Origin: Chiloscyllium plagiosum
Taxonomy: Eukaryota
Direction of reading: 5' to 3'
Length of the DNA: 64,000 nucleotides
Assembly (NCBI RefSeq): GCF_004010195.1
Contig: NC_057749.1
Span: 16,434,524 to 16,498,523, forward strand
The position numbers and the translations under genes were made by a program. A model generated the notes under the pieces. That model was not told where the DNA came from. It ran no database searches and saw only the letters and a program-made list of their open reading frames with translations. Positions 34,200 through 48,000 of this stretch are shown here, one piece after another (within the stretch, counting starts at the first letter, position 1; the number at the start of each line of letters is the position of its first letter).

Positions 34200-34480
34200 C
34201 ATTATACAAGCCAACCTTCCATCCACTGACTCCATCTATACTTTTTGTTGCATCAGGAAGGCAGACAACATAATCCAAGACCCATCTTATCCTAGTTGTA
34301 CTCTCTTCCATCAGGCATAAGATACAAAAGCTTAAACACACGTACCAACAGATTCAAGAAGCTTCTTTCTCTCTGTTATCAGACTTCTAATGGTATTATC
34401 TGCCTGTACTACATGCAAAACCTTTCCCTGTCCCTAGATAGATGTGACAATAAAAAAATCAAATCAATTAAATTCAAACA
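34200..34480 (+). mobile_element. Rex1/Babar-like LINE 3' end fragment
   Basis: Similar to 3165-3520 (ccaaccttccatccactgactccatctatac...aacagattcaagaa...gtgacaataaa). Confidence 0.6.
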
Positions 34481-35823
34481 AACAGTGGATGCTTAGGATT
34501 GAGTCGGCAGATTGGGTCCCTCCTCTTTTCCTGGAGAATAGTGTCTCCAAAATTAGTTGCCACTGATTGGGTAGCTAATGATCTCTCCACATCTTTAAAA
34601 CGATTTCCATCAATTCCTCCCTGGAGTACAAACTATATCATCCTGAAGTATCTTTGGTGATGCTTGGTCTATGCCACTTCATGAACCCATTTGGATTTGG
34701 AGGGGGGAGGGGAGGGGCATGGACAGAAATCATGCAAGGGAAAAAAAAATTAGCCTTGTTGGTCCATCCACTGGGCTTGTGGGGACAAGTTGATGAACGA
34801 ACTACTCTCATCTGTCAATTTCACATGCACCTCATCCTAAACATAAAAGACACTAGCCTGCAACTAACATAATCAACAACTCGCAGGCCAAGCTTTGAAT
34901 AGTTCTAGTTAATTAAACACAGGGCATCAGTACTGATGATACATTAATAAACAAAGATTGATGATGTGAAAAACAATGAATGTGCAGGGTGTAGAGTGTC
35001 GATGAAGCTCATTTTGATAATTAAACAGATTTATCATTTCATCACATACAGGCAACTAGTTTATAGGAAGCTACTAAGTCTGCGATCACACTAAAAGATT
35101 AGTATTCATGTGGAGCAGCTTCTGTGGTAAAAATCAGATATTGACTCCCACCTAGATTCCAAAGCTTACTGAACTCCTCAGTGGCAATGCAGATCAGATG
35201 TTCAAATTGTGATTTGAAGTTCAAAGGCAGCATAATAAAATGCTACAAGCTAATCCAAGTTGAGAATGTGTAAAATATTAGAGTGAATGCAGTAAATATT
35301 CAATGACCTAAACCAGTAATCTCAGAAATGTTCTGCTCAAAATATCCTGGCTTCCCCAGCCAGGCCAGAAGTCGATCAAGGTCATGGTCTACAATGGCCT
35401 CTAGGATCCATTAGTTTGCTGACTGTCACTGATCCCATCCACAAAATCAATGGGTGGTCACTGGGGCTACAATGAGAGGGTTCAGGTATCCACAGAATGA
35501 GTAAAAGCTAGCATCTACAGCAGAGATGAGCACAAGGAAAAAAATGATAAATATTCTGAACCAAGAGCTTTTTTCCCCTGAAGGACTTTAACACTGAATT
35601 AAATTTCTTCATACCTAATTATATAATACAGGTGCAACATCCTGTTGGTACCTCTCACAACAAAGTAGTATAACTGAAAGAGCCAATAGATGCTGTATAT
35701 AAAAACATTGTGCAGAATGGTTTAACACCCAAAGATTAGCAATCAGCAGTGTATCACACAGTCGGAGTGTTTGTTGTCTGCAAGCTGGTTCATGTGTCCC
35801 TGGAATGTCCTGTTTTGCTTTTA

Positions 35824-36096
35824 CTAAGGGCTGGTCTCCTCCTCAGTGGGTTTTATTAGGCCATACTCCACTGCTTGTGAGAGACAATCCTGGGCAACAA
35901 CTGACACCTTGCATTTCTTTTCATCTCCCTCCCTATTCAAAGCAGACAGGATTTCGAACATCTCTGTCTCCATGAGCAGGGCTGCAAGCTCCCGTTCAGC
36001 GTTCATTAAGTTGAGAGTGATGACGAGCCCTCGATGTTGCAGGTCGACATTTGAGCTCAGCACAAGTGCTTGAAGGATCTCCAACCAGTGGCTTGT
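35824..36096 (-). CDS. UNC45A: UNC45A last coding exon
   Basis: [14 protein letters not shown]...LQHRG...[13 protein letters not shown], 273 nt. Confidence 0.95.
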   Translation of the reverse strand, partial: TSHWLEILQALVLSSNVDLQHRGLVITLNLMNAERELAALLMETEMFEILSALNREGDEKKCKVSVVAQDCLSQAVEYGLIKPTEEETSP

Positions 36097-39000
36097 CTGT
36101 TGCAGGTGGCGGAGGGGAGAGAGAGTAAAGCACAAGGATGTAACTTTCAGCTGCACTGCAAATTTGTGTCAAAAGGAACAGATGGGACAGAGCACAGTAC
36201 CATGGCAATTAAGTTTCCTCAGATCATTCCTCATGAGTTTCACAGATGCCAGCTGCTCTCATGACTCTTCTCTGGATCACAGCCTAGACATCAAGGGTCA
36301 GCAAGCTATTTGACCATGGGAGCCAACATAGGCATCACCTCTTAAGTCAGTAGGCTCTAGGTTCAAACCCCATTCCCACATTTGGATTCAGTGTCCTTCA
36401 GGTGAGACATTAACCTGCAGTTCTATCTTCTGAAAATGTTCCACTATACCATTTTATATCCGGGCCAATACTTATCCCTTAATCAATATCACTGATTGAG
36501 ATTGTCTGGTTATTATCCTATTGCTCCTAGTGGGTGCTTGGTGAGTCTTTCCTCAATGGACTATTTCAGCCTCTCAGCATAGGTCATTTCATAATGACCA
36601 AGGGCAATGATTTATCCTCTCCCCTGTTCTGTCTAGCCAAGGATAGGAGGCCAGTCAAAGCACCATAGTCAGGTGAGGTCAGCTGACTTTCCTCAACTAA
36701 GAATGAACCTGGCAACTACTTTCACTTTATACAAGAGGCTGCATATTTCACCACCATCACTATTGACCATAGGTTTCTATAACTGTAGTTTGTGATAGTA
36801 TTGGAAGAGCACAGATTCGATCACCAGATTCTCTTTTATTTAACTTTGCAAATATTTCTCTTGAATTTTTCCGATCAACACTCTGTGTCCTCAGCTGCTT
36901 TCAGAAGGAAACCTTCCATTACTGAACATCATAGGTCCAACCTCCAGCCTTTGCTGTTAACAGCAGCTGGAAGGTAGTAGCAGGAGAACATCGAACATTA
37001 CAGTGCAGTACAGGCCCTTCACCCCTCGATGTTGTGCCAACCTGTGGAACCAATCTGAAGCCCATCTAATCTACACTATTCCAATTTCATCTATATGTTT
37101 ATCCAATGACCATTTAAATGCCCTTAAAGTTGAGGAGTCCAACTACTGGTTGGAGGAATTAGAATTAGCACTTACACTAGTTCTCAATTGGGAAGTGAAT
37201 TAGCAACGATAGCCAGGGGTCCTGTTTTTGACCACTAACCAGAACCCCCTGCTGAAATGTGAGGTCAGGTGACAACAAGTTTAGGTTCTTTGTTGACACT
37301 CTCTGTCAAATATCTTGCTGACAGACAAAGTTCTAGGCTCAAAAGTGAAGAATGTCATTTGGGCAGAAGAGAGAAAGAGAGTGAGCAAAAAACATTTGCA
37401 TCCCTGTACCCTCCGGAATAGACAGTAGCAGACTGCTAGCAGGATGGAAGATGCAAGGAGGTAAGGAATGAGTAAGATGGAGCGAAGGTGACTGTCAAAA
37501 ACAGCAAATTGAAGGCACAGGGTGGAGCAGGATATGTGGTCACTCACCACCTGTGTCATTTTGATACAGAGTTTCGGCTGCAGCGATGTTAAGAAGGCTA
37601 CAGCACCCGCAGCTGCACACCTCAACTTCTCATCCTCTTCACCACTGTACAACACCAGCAGTTTCAGACGATCCGTCCCTTCAGCCAGGAACAGATTCTG
37701 GACCTGAAACAAGATCCAAACAAAAAAAAAAAGGTGAAGGCGTCTGAGAATTAGTTTTCCTTCCCAACAAACCAATAATCCAAAGGAACAGTTTTTTGGT
37801 TAGCTACTTTTTCAAGATATTTTCTCATTGGGAAACAGTTTTTTCTGCAACAGAGGTCTTTGTGCGTCACCATGTGACGAATTCCAGACAGAAGACACAG
37901 ACTGTCAGCAAGGTACTCAACCCTCAGAAATCTGACCCATTGCCCAAACACCGAGGGGTTCCCTCCATGGGTACTGGATAATCATCATGACAGGGCATCT
38001 GGGCTGGTTTTCTCAACAGCTGCTGCCCCATGTGAGTTAGCAAAACAGCTGGGGATTGTATCTTGCTCTTCCTTAATGTGGTATGAAGCATACCATATTG
38101 GAAGTGTATCAACCCATAGTAGGAATTCTTAACAGCCACAAATCACAATGCGGGGATGTTTAAAGAAAGCAGCAATGCTCTATATGCAGCACTAACACAC
38201 CTCCTCACTCAGTACCATGTTGCACATACACTCAGTAGCTGCCAATCGGATCATTTCATGGTCTTCAAACATGTAGCTCTCAATCATTGGAATGGCTTTT
38301 TCCTTAATTATCTTCTGGCTAAAAGAAGTCAAGAGATTAATCAGTTTATGAGTGCCAGCCTTGACCCAGCAAATAACACTCTCACCAGAGTTAGAAAGTT
38401 ATTGAGACAAAACCCCCCCCCCAGGAATTTGGCTTCAAGTCTTGGCATCCACTGCAGTGTGTTTCTGAGGGACTGCTACCTGTTTAACCTTTGGGGAACT
38501 CATCTGAATGCGAAGTTTGATTTGCTCAATGTATTAAATATACATTTACTTGGAGTTTGAACACACACAGCCATTTGAGGGTCCTCAGCACTGGTAGTTC
38601 TGCTCACTTAAGAGAGACAAACGTGAAATGTTAAGTGTTTTTCATGACTTAAGGACATCCCCAAAAGCACTTTACAGCCAATTAAATGCTTCTGATGTGT
38701 GGTTACTTCACCACAGAAAAGACACTGGTGCTAGGAAAAGATGCAACGTAGAGCAAACACAAACAAAAGCTTTGAAGGAAATAGCTTCCTTTCTACTCTT
38801 TTAAACAAATTCATAATCGGATGAAACAGCTCCCAAGGGACACTGTAACAAAAATCACAAACAGTTAATAGGAACTGGTACAAGGTGAATGGAAATTCAC
38901 TAAATTAAAATAACATTGTTCGGGGTGATGATCCCAGCCTGTGGTGCCCACCAATCTCTGAATGCCTCCATTGTGTCAGTGAACACCACATATTCCCTTT

Positions 39001-42000
39001 CAACACACACCCGAGTGCGGATGTAATCACGAGAAATGGGCAGACAGTCAGGTACAAGGATCCCCTCTGCAACTTCTGCCTGGACCTATTAATGGTCACT
39101 TTGTCCCAGCCAAACAGCAGACCCATGAGAAGGCCCTGTGACCTGTCTGTCCATCCCTACACAGAGTGCTCATAAATCAGGTGAGTGGGGCTGAAGTCCA
39201 ATTGAAAATTTAGGAGTTCAATTAACTACAGATGGCTGCAAATGAAAACATTCAACATTAATTTGAAAAACCATTTCCTCCACCACAAAAACTACAAGTG
39301 ACCTGGCACCCAGTGTAATGGCTTAACCTTTTGTTGTATGGGGCTGCAGCGTGCAGCACTCTCCATCCCAGGTGCCTAACAAAAGAAAAGGACTTCTTTG
39401 TGGAGAGTCTGGGGGGAGGGGGGGGCGGATTTCCACTACCAGAGGGTAAAACATTACACCTGTATCTGAGCAGTGGTCAAAGGTGAGAAAGTGGACAGTA
39501 TACAGCAGCTGTCCATACAGGAAATATCTCCATACTGTTCTGAAGAGCATGGGGGATGTGTTTTCTCTCTTATGACTCCATTTGCGGGGTGCTGCGCCAC
39601 AGGAGAAGGTGCAGGGCCAATGTCAGGTTTCAAACAGACAGAGGTTAGTTCATCCAGGAGTCCAGGGCAAGCTTGGGCCACTTCAATTTTCCATGTGGTG
39701 TCAGGGCCGAATACCTCAGGCATAAGGTTCTGGACGTCTCATATTGATGGACGTCTCATATTGATATCGTACTGGATATTGACTAACATCCTCTCGGTCA
39801 GCAGTGCTGGTGAGGTCCAGCCCACTTGTTTCCTTTCTATGAGACATCAAAGTAACCTAATTAAAGATTGAGAGACTTGACAAACTGGGGAATGGTTTAC
39901 CATAGGTGAAGGAACTTTATCAACCAGTGGGCAAGAGCTTTGGAAACCATTACTAATGAAGTTGCTGACTTATTCATTTGTGTTTATCCAACTGAATCAG
40001 TGGAGCAACCCTCCCACAACAGAGTCTCATCCCTTCACTCAGTCACTTACCGTAGTCTCTCACTAATACCAGCCAAATTGGTTAATGCCATCAGCGACTC
40101 AAAGTTCTGCAACCCGGTACGGTCAAGATGCAAAAGGCCGATCAAAGGTCGGACTACTTCATAAATCTGAGGGAGTAAAGAGCAAAAGCAGAATATTTAA
40201 TCACTTACCACTACTGTAACGCATCAACAATGTGCCACGCTTCCAACCTCAACAGCATGTTCCCTACTAGAACATTGTGGCATTTTTGAGATCAACCTTC
40301 CTTGGACTTTGTCGGCGTGTACGAGTTGGACAGAAGGGTCTGTTTCTGTGCTGTATATCTCTATGACTCTTTGAGGGAGATAGTGATTAGGGACAGAACT
40401 GAGCTGTGGATCCTTGTTCTTTCGTAATCAGATTAAGACTATCCAAACCCATTTTACATAGAATCTTCACAATGTGCAGATAGAGAGGCATCCATCTTCT
40501 TACTCAGAACTGAATTTGATCCCAATTCCCACGTAGAAAAGCCATTATACCATCAATTTTAAATGGATCAACATTGTACAAAATTTCTTGCTGACTATTT
40601 AGAAGCAGAAAATAAGGCTCTTAAAAACTGTGCAATTAATGCAATATGAAAAAACAAAATCCTAAGGCACTGCACAAATTCTCAGGACTCACCCTTTCTC
40701 CAGGGAAGGCAATCTCAGGGTTTGAGGTGATAGCTATCTTTGCCAAGGCCTGGGCTGCCTTGGTCTTACCAACTTCTGTGCCTTCTGATGCCAGAGGAAT
40801 CAGAGCCTACAGGATAGGAAGTAGTGATAAGCCACATTGAATAAACATGTGCATTCAAAGTCCAGTGATTCAAACCTGAAGCCAATCACGGCAATGGTTG
40901 CCAAATATAAAGTTACAGTCCCTCAAGGTATGCAATTCCAGAAACCAGTTGGTGAAAGATAGAACTGGAGCCAGTCTTTACACACACTTTTAAAAAAAAA
41001 TCTATTTGCAGTGTACGAACAGTGACTAACTCAATAACCATTGTTTTAGTTTATATCTATTTAGAAGAATTCAAATGAATCCTCAGTTTGTGCACACGAC
41101 CAGCTCTTAACTGAACATAAAGATACAATTAACAATAGAGACTTGTAAGTGAGACACAACTCTCACTCCTATATTGAGAAGTTGTTTCCCTTTGTTCTAA
41201 ATGAAGAACAATAAATATAAGATGGTCATCGATAAATCCATTGATGAACTCAGGAGAAATCTCTCTACCCAGAGAGGGTTCAGGAAGAAGAAACTGTTAA
41301 CATCACAAATAGTTGAGGTGAACAGTGTGACTGTTATTAACTAGGTGCTGTTTCAAACTGAAGAAGAAAGGAAAAGGAGAAGGGAATAAAATGAAGCAGG
41401 CAGGGAGGAGGCTATTGCAGGTATAAACATTGGCATGAATTAGTTGAGCTGAACTGCCTGCTTATGTGCTTTATATTCTATGAAAGTCTGTGTAGACGTG
41501 TGCCTGTTGAGAGTCAGTGGATCAAGTTGACTATGATGGCCTTCACTTCATGGTACACTGCCAAACAGAATGGAACTTGAGTGAAAAGGGCAGGATGTTG
41601 GCACCCACATTATATTCTCATGTCAGAAAGTAATTTCAGAAGTGGAAAAACTGCTCTCTCACAACCTTGCTACCTTCTCTTTGTTATCTCCCATTCTTAT
41701 CCCACAACGGCTACAGTTCATTTATAAAAATACAGGAATCACTGATATGGAGAAATCCCAAGGAGTTAACATGCTCATACTCACCTTCCCTCCACCCTGA
41801 GCTACTACAATTCCACGATCCTCTGGAGCCTCTACCAGAGCTAGGAATACACTGAAAAACAGAAAATGTTTGATGTTCTCAGTCATACACTGTTTCCACT
41901 CTGTATTACGCGGCTGCTTAATAAAACAACAGCAAGAGTTTAGGGAAGATGATAGTAAAAAGAACCATTAATCCAGACAAGAGAGAATCTAATCATTGCC

Positions 42001-45000
42001 CCTTGATATTCATGGCATTGCCATCAATGAATCCCCATTATTAACATTCTTGGGGTTACAATTGACCAGAAACTGATCTGGACCAACCATGGAAACAGTG
42101 GCCAGAAATCCTGTAGCAAGAATCTGCTGCCTGACTCTCCAAAATCTGTCTACCACCTACAAAGCACATGTCAGGAATGAGATGAAATACTCCCTACTTG
42201 CCTGGATGGGTGCAGCTCCAGCAACACTCAAGAGCTTGAAGCCATCCAGGACAAGCAGCCCGTCTGACTGGCACAACACTCACAAACATCCACTCTCTCC
42301 ACCACCGACATTTGGCAGCAGCAGTATGTACCATCTACAAGATGTACTGCAGAAACTCACCAAGGTTCCTTAGACTGCACCTTCCAAATCCACGATCACT
42401 AGAAGGGCATGTCGCAGATACATGAGAACACAACCACCTCAAAGTGAGCAATAAACTAGGCTGATGAGCAAAGCCAGTAAACAATGGTGGAGTTTTATTG
42501 TGTTACGCAAGTATTCAATTGTAGCAATCTCTCAAAGTGTGGCGAGGTCAGCTGTCCTCCAGAGACTGGAGTAATTCAGTGAATTACCAAGGGAATTCTG
42601 CACTGTTGAAGGTGCTATCTTTTGTTGAGAATTGGAGCCCCATACCAGAGCCTTCTGTATTGTGCTGAAGGAGCATTTTTTTCCCTTTATTCTTCCATGG
42701 GATGCGGTATCACTGACAAGGCCAGAATACGTTGTCCATCGCTAATTGCCCTTGAGTTGACTCGGGCATTTCAGAGGCCACTTAAGAGTCAACCACATCC
42801 AGAGTTGCTTAGACACCAGACTGGGTAAGGACAGCAGATTTCCTTCCCTGACATTAGTGAACTAGATGGGTTTTTACAGCAGCAAGTGGTGATTTCATAG
42901 TTACCATCATGGAAACCAGCTTTCAATTCCATACAGGTTAGTTCAATTTAAATTCCACCAGTTGCTGTGGTGGGATTTGAACCCGCATCACCCCAGCATT
43001 AGCCTGGACATCTGGATTGCTAACATTACCACCACATCACCATCTCTCCCAAGTTAAAGGGTCCACCCTTTTGACAAAGGCCCCTTCTGCTTGTTACTGT
43101 GTTTCACAAGTTGTTCCACGACACTCCATGAGAAGGAAGAAATCCATCCACTCAAACAACTTGTAATTTGGTAAATTGCTGTATACAATGTAGCTGCTAT
43201 TTTTGCCCACAATATAACAGATCATTTGCATTTAATAAGTCACTGTCTGTGAAAGTCTTCCTAATCAGCCATTGTTCAACTATTGCCACACACATACCGC
43301 GCAATCATCTCTTTGCAGGAATCTGTCAGGGCTGGACTCTCCTTCTTTGTCATACAAACTAATGCCGACACCACCCCAGCCTTCAGGAGTTTTCCAATCC
43401 GTTTCCCCACGTACTTGAGTTTATCCTGCAATTCAGAAAATGCCAGTTTAGCACCAAATCAGTTTTCTTAGTCAGTCGTATTTTTAAAATACACATATAA
43501 TGGCTAGATCAATCACTGTCCAAAGAATTGAGGAATGGGCTGGAAAAAAAATGTCCTCAGCTTCAGACATGGGTACAATGTGAAACTCTTTGCCAGCAAT
43601 CACTGACATGGACTGAAATCAACAAGCACTTCATTGCAATGATTGTCACTTGGAACTTTCTCCTTTGTGTGAAGGGATATGGAATAAAAATGGTAAATAG
43701 AATTCAGGAGCAAATTGTAAGTTGTAAAACAAGGCTGAGTGATTAAATGGCATCTGCTTGGTACTACAACTTTAATTTTTATAAAAGAATTTATACAATT
43801 GTTTGAAAAAAGGAATATTAAAATGTACAACAAATCAGATTACAAAAGTTGGGGTTTTAAAGGTTTTTGGGAATGGGACTAAAATGAATGAAATGTAAAG
43901 AAAAGCCAGCAACACGGATTTGCTGGACAAAAAGGACCTGCTTCTGCATGAGTTCTTTCTGGGTTGGCTTCACAGCCCTACTGGGTCCTCTGTATTAAAG
44001 GACTGTTCCTCACAGCTGGACCGACAATAAAAGTCAACAGGCTGCTTCAAGGTGGTAAAGGAAGGTCACAGCTAAGTGCAATGAGATTTTGTTCTCCCAA
44101 CATCCTCACAGATGCAATCATCACAAGAGTCAGTGGATCAAGAACTGAACCATTAGCGATTATTTCCCCACCTTGTTCCAACTAACATTAAGGACCACTA
44201 AAAATTTCCCTACAAACTCAGCAGAAAGTGGGGGAATAAATTGTAGATTTGTATGGCTTTCAGGCAGAACAAGAGTTACAAGTGTAATTTCCTGTAAATA
44301 TAGATAGCACTTGTATTGCACCTTGGGATGCTCCTCTGGCACATGCTGTTTGGCGTATTTGGCCAGTTCTAGAAGCTGTGGATCAGGAGTCTCCTTATCG
44401 TAGCTGTTCGTGCAGTTCACAAGGGTGGAGGCAACTGCAAAGAGAGCAGTTTTATCTTCTGACTGGAAAGGAATAAAAGCAAGAGATCATTGTACACAAA
44501 GCAGCAAGAATGGAAGAACCGTAGACACTGATCATCTCATGACAAACGATTTTTATCACAAACAACTCAGATAGATCATTAACAGAGATGATGTATCAAC
44601 CAAATTTCCGCTCCCAACTGAAGTTCCAATATCTGACCCAGATGTTTTCATTTGAGCTGAGGCATCCTGTTTGATTGTGGAGATTATCAGAGCTGATTTC
44701 AATCATGTCCTAATTTCATATACATACATACATTCACACAGACATCAATCAGGAGGGGACTCACCATAGTTCTCAGGGCTAAAGGGATCAAGTGGTATGG
44801 GGTGAAAGTGGGAACAGAGTACTTCAGGATGATCAACCATAATCATATTGATTAATAGAGTGGTTCAAAGGCCTACTCTGTTTATTTTTCCTATGTTTCT
44901 ATGAAAGGCTGGCCATCATTCATATGCCCAATCCCAGGGGGTTAAGAGATTAACAGCAATCTTTATTAATGCCCTGATTAATAATTCAGCACAGAATAGG

Positions 45001-48000
45001 GATCAAAAGGACAGTGCCATCATTGGCAGACTTGCACTCTATCTTGGTATAAATGCACAGAAAAGCAAGCATGTGAAGGCCACACAAAAGATTAACATCT
45101 GCTCCAACAATTCAAAGGAAATATCTAGTGGCTGGCCAGCGAACAGGTAAGATCAGCAAACATGCAAAGGACATGCTTTTCCCTCTTATTGCTCATTGTT
45201 TTCAATGTTTACCTTTGCCAGTTCAAACACAGCCTGTACTGCAGCTTGGTCATCCACAAACTCCTCCTTCACGTCAGCATCGAAGGTCAGATAGGCCAAT
45301 CCCTCCACTGCCCAACGCCGAGTGCTGCACTGATTTGAGTTGTTACATAACCACCTAGCAAGAGAGTGGACCAGCAATTTGATCAGAAGCAGCCTTGATA
45401 TATTATCCATCACTTTACACCATCTCCTCAATTAGTTCAGTCCACAGACTGTCACTGTACTAGCAATTAATTCAGCAGCACTTTCAGTCCCTGTCGCTTT
45501 CCTCTCCTGGACTGTTCTTATATTGTTCCTGTTTGGGAACCAGTACTTTTTTTTGTTCACTGGCTAGACCAACATTTACTGCCCATCCCTAATTACCCAG
45601 AGGGCAGTTAAGACTCAATCACATTGCTGTGGGTCTGGAGTCACATGTAAGCCATACCAGGTAAGAATGGCAGTTTCCTTTCCTTAGTGAACCAGATGAG
45701 TTTTTCCAACAATTGGCAATGGATTCATGGTCGTCATTAGACTCCCAATTCCAGATTTTTATTGAACTCAGTTTCTACCTTCTGCCATGGCAGGATTTGA
45801 ACCCAAGTTCCCAGAACATTACCTAGGTCTCTAGATAAATATTTCAGCAATAATATCACTCGGCCATCGTCTTCTAATTTAAACAACTGTAATAGTCAAA
45901 ATAAACTAGGAGATCAAGGGAAGAGCGTGGAGCTCATACAGAACTTATTCTATCAAGGTAGCCCTAGAAAAGATGCTTTTACTCATTGGGAAGATGTGAG
46001 CTAGGGGACATAAATCCAAATGAAGTTTCATGAGAAACATCTTTACCCACAGTCTGGTGAGAAGTTGGAACTCACTCCCACAGGGAGTAGCTGAGGTAAA
46101 TAGTATAGATGCATTTAAGAGGAAGCTGAACAAACATGTGGGAAAGGAATGGAAGTATGTGCTGATAGGGTGAGATGAAGGAGGGCTGAAGGAAGCTCTG
46201 ACATGCACCAGCTAGATCCAAATGTGCCCATTCTGACCTGTAGCTGTGAGTAATACCGTGTGTAATCTTTTTGAAGTTAATGTGTTAGGGCTCTTGTGGT
46301 ACTGTGGTAGTGTCCCTCCTACCTTTGAGCCAGGATGCCCAGGTTCAAGTCCCACCTGCTCCTGGAGTGTGTAATAACATCTCTGAGCAGGTTGATCAGA
46401 ATATATTTGAAATCAAACTACTGTGAGGACGTAACCCAATGATTACAAATGCACAACTATAAAAAAAAGCATCAAAGGATCATGGCTGTTCATATATACA
46501 GACTAGTAGACCCACAAATCCAACTCCTGATGGTTGTGCAAGTATGATAAACAAACTTCTTTCATTAGCAATCTCACTATGTGGATGGTGTAGAAATTAC
46601 AAAAAGCTACACTGATCTAGCAGGAAATGCTTTTCTGAAGAACGTTGTTCACAGAGCAAAGGGAGCATTCTAAAATAAGATGTTCTATTCCTTAGCATTC
46701 CTAATACTCAATAAGCATGAATAATATTTAATAAAAAATCAGACCTATTGAAAACTTGTGATTCTTCTGTCACAACATCAGAACTCGGCTCACCTGCGAC
46801 ATTGCTTTGCCAGCTTGCAAGTCGAACCTTCAGCAAACTGCTTCATGCTGTAGTCCGTCCCACCAGCAGATCCCACCTTGCACAGACCCTGAAAGAGGAA
46901 ACAGATTGAGGGATGAGATTACATTGACATTGGCTGGACCTCCATAACTGAAAATTAGGGCAGTAAGTTTGTACAGCCTACACAAGATGTAGAGCTGGAA
47001 TCAAATTGTCCTGTGTAAGAAAACTCAATAAAATTTATAACAGTTCCTTTAATAATCAGATAGCTCAAAACAAAAATAAAGGAGAATCCAAAGGTGCTTA
47101 CTAAGTGTATTAGGGGTGAGAGGATCACCAAGGTGAGTTCGGCCGTTTGAGATAAAAGTGGCAATGTGTGTGTGGAATCAGAAGACGTTGAAGTTTTGCA
47201 TCTGTATTCTATATATAGAGACAATGCAGGTATAGAAATTCATGAAGGGACAACTGAGAGAAACTCAGACAAAATAGCATTAAGGGAGTATTGGTAGTAC
47301 TGATTTTAGCAGGCTTAAAATTGGATAAATCCCCAGGCCCAGTTGAGACATATCTCAGACGACTACAAAAAGCTAGGGAGAAAACTGGAAGGCCTTGACA
47401 TTCATTTTCACATTCGCTGTGGCCTCAGGAGAGGCACCGAGAACAGCTAATGTGGAACCATCATTCAAGAAAGGTGGCAGAGCTGAACCAGGGAATTTTG
47501 GGCCAGTGAGTCTAACATCAGTGATTGGGAAATTATTAGAACAAATTCTCATGGACAGAATTAATCTCCACTTGGAAAGACAAGGATGGCTTTCTCAAGG
47601 GGAGATCATGTCTAAAAAAAAAACCACTGAATTTTTGAGGCAGTGAAGGGACTGCAGTTGATGTAGTCTGCACAAATTTCAATAAACGTTTGACAAGATC
47701 TTGCATAGGATACTGGTCAAGAAGGAAAATAAAAACCATGGGATGGGACAGGGGCAATTTGGTAAATTGGCTTAATGGCAGGAAGCACAGAGTGATGGTC
47801 AAAGGCTGTTTTTGTGACTGGAAGCCTGTTGCCAGTACCATGCCACAGGGTTCAATGCCAGGTCCCTTCCTGTTTGTAGTGCACATTCATGATCTAGACA
47901 TAAATAATACAGAAGGTATGATCAGTAAGATCATATTGGTGGCGTGCTAAATAGTGAGAAGGAATGCCTTAGAATCCAGGATGATATACACAGGATTTTC

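Noticed and set aside
38900..39871. GC-richer intronic stretch with several short ORFs and a 17-bp tandem duplication at 39731-39765
   Set aside because: No recognisable protein or RNA motif; UNC45A exons 17 and 18 join in frame without it.
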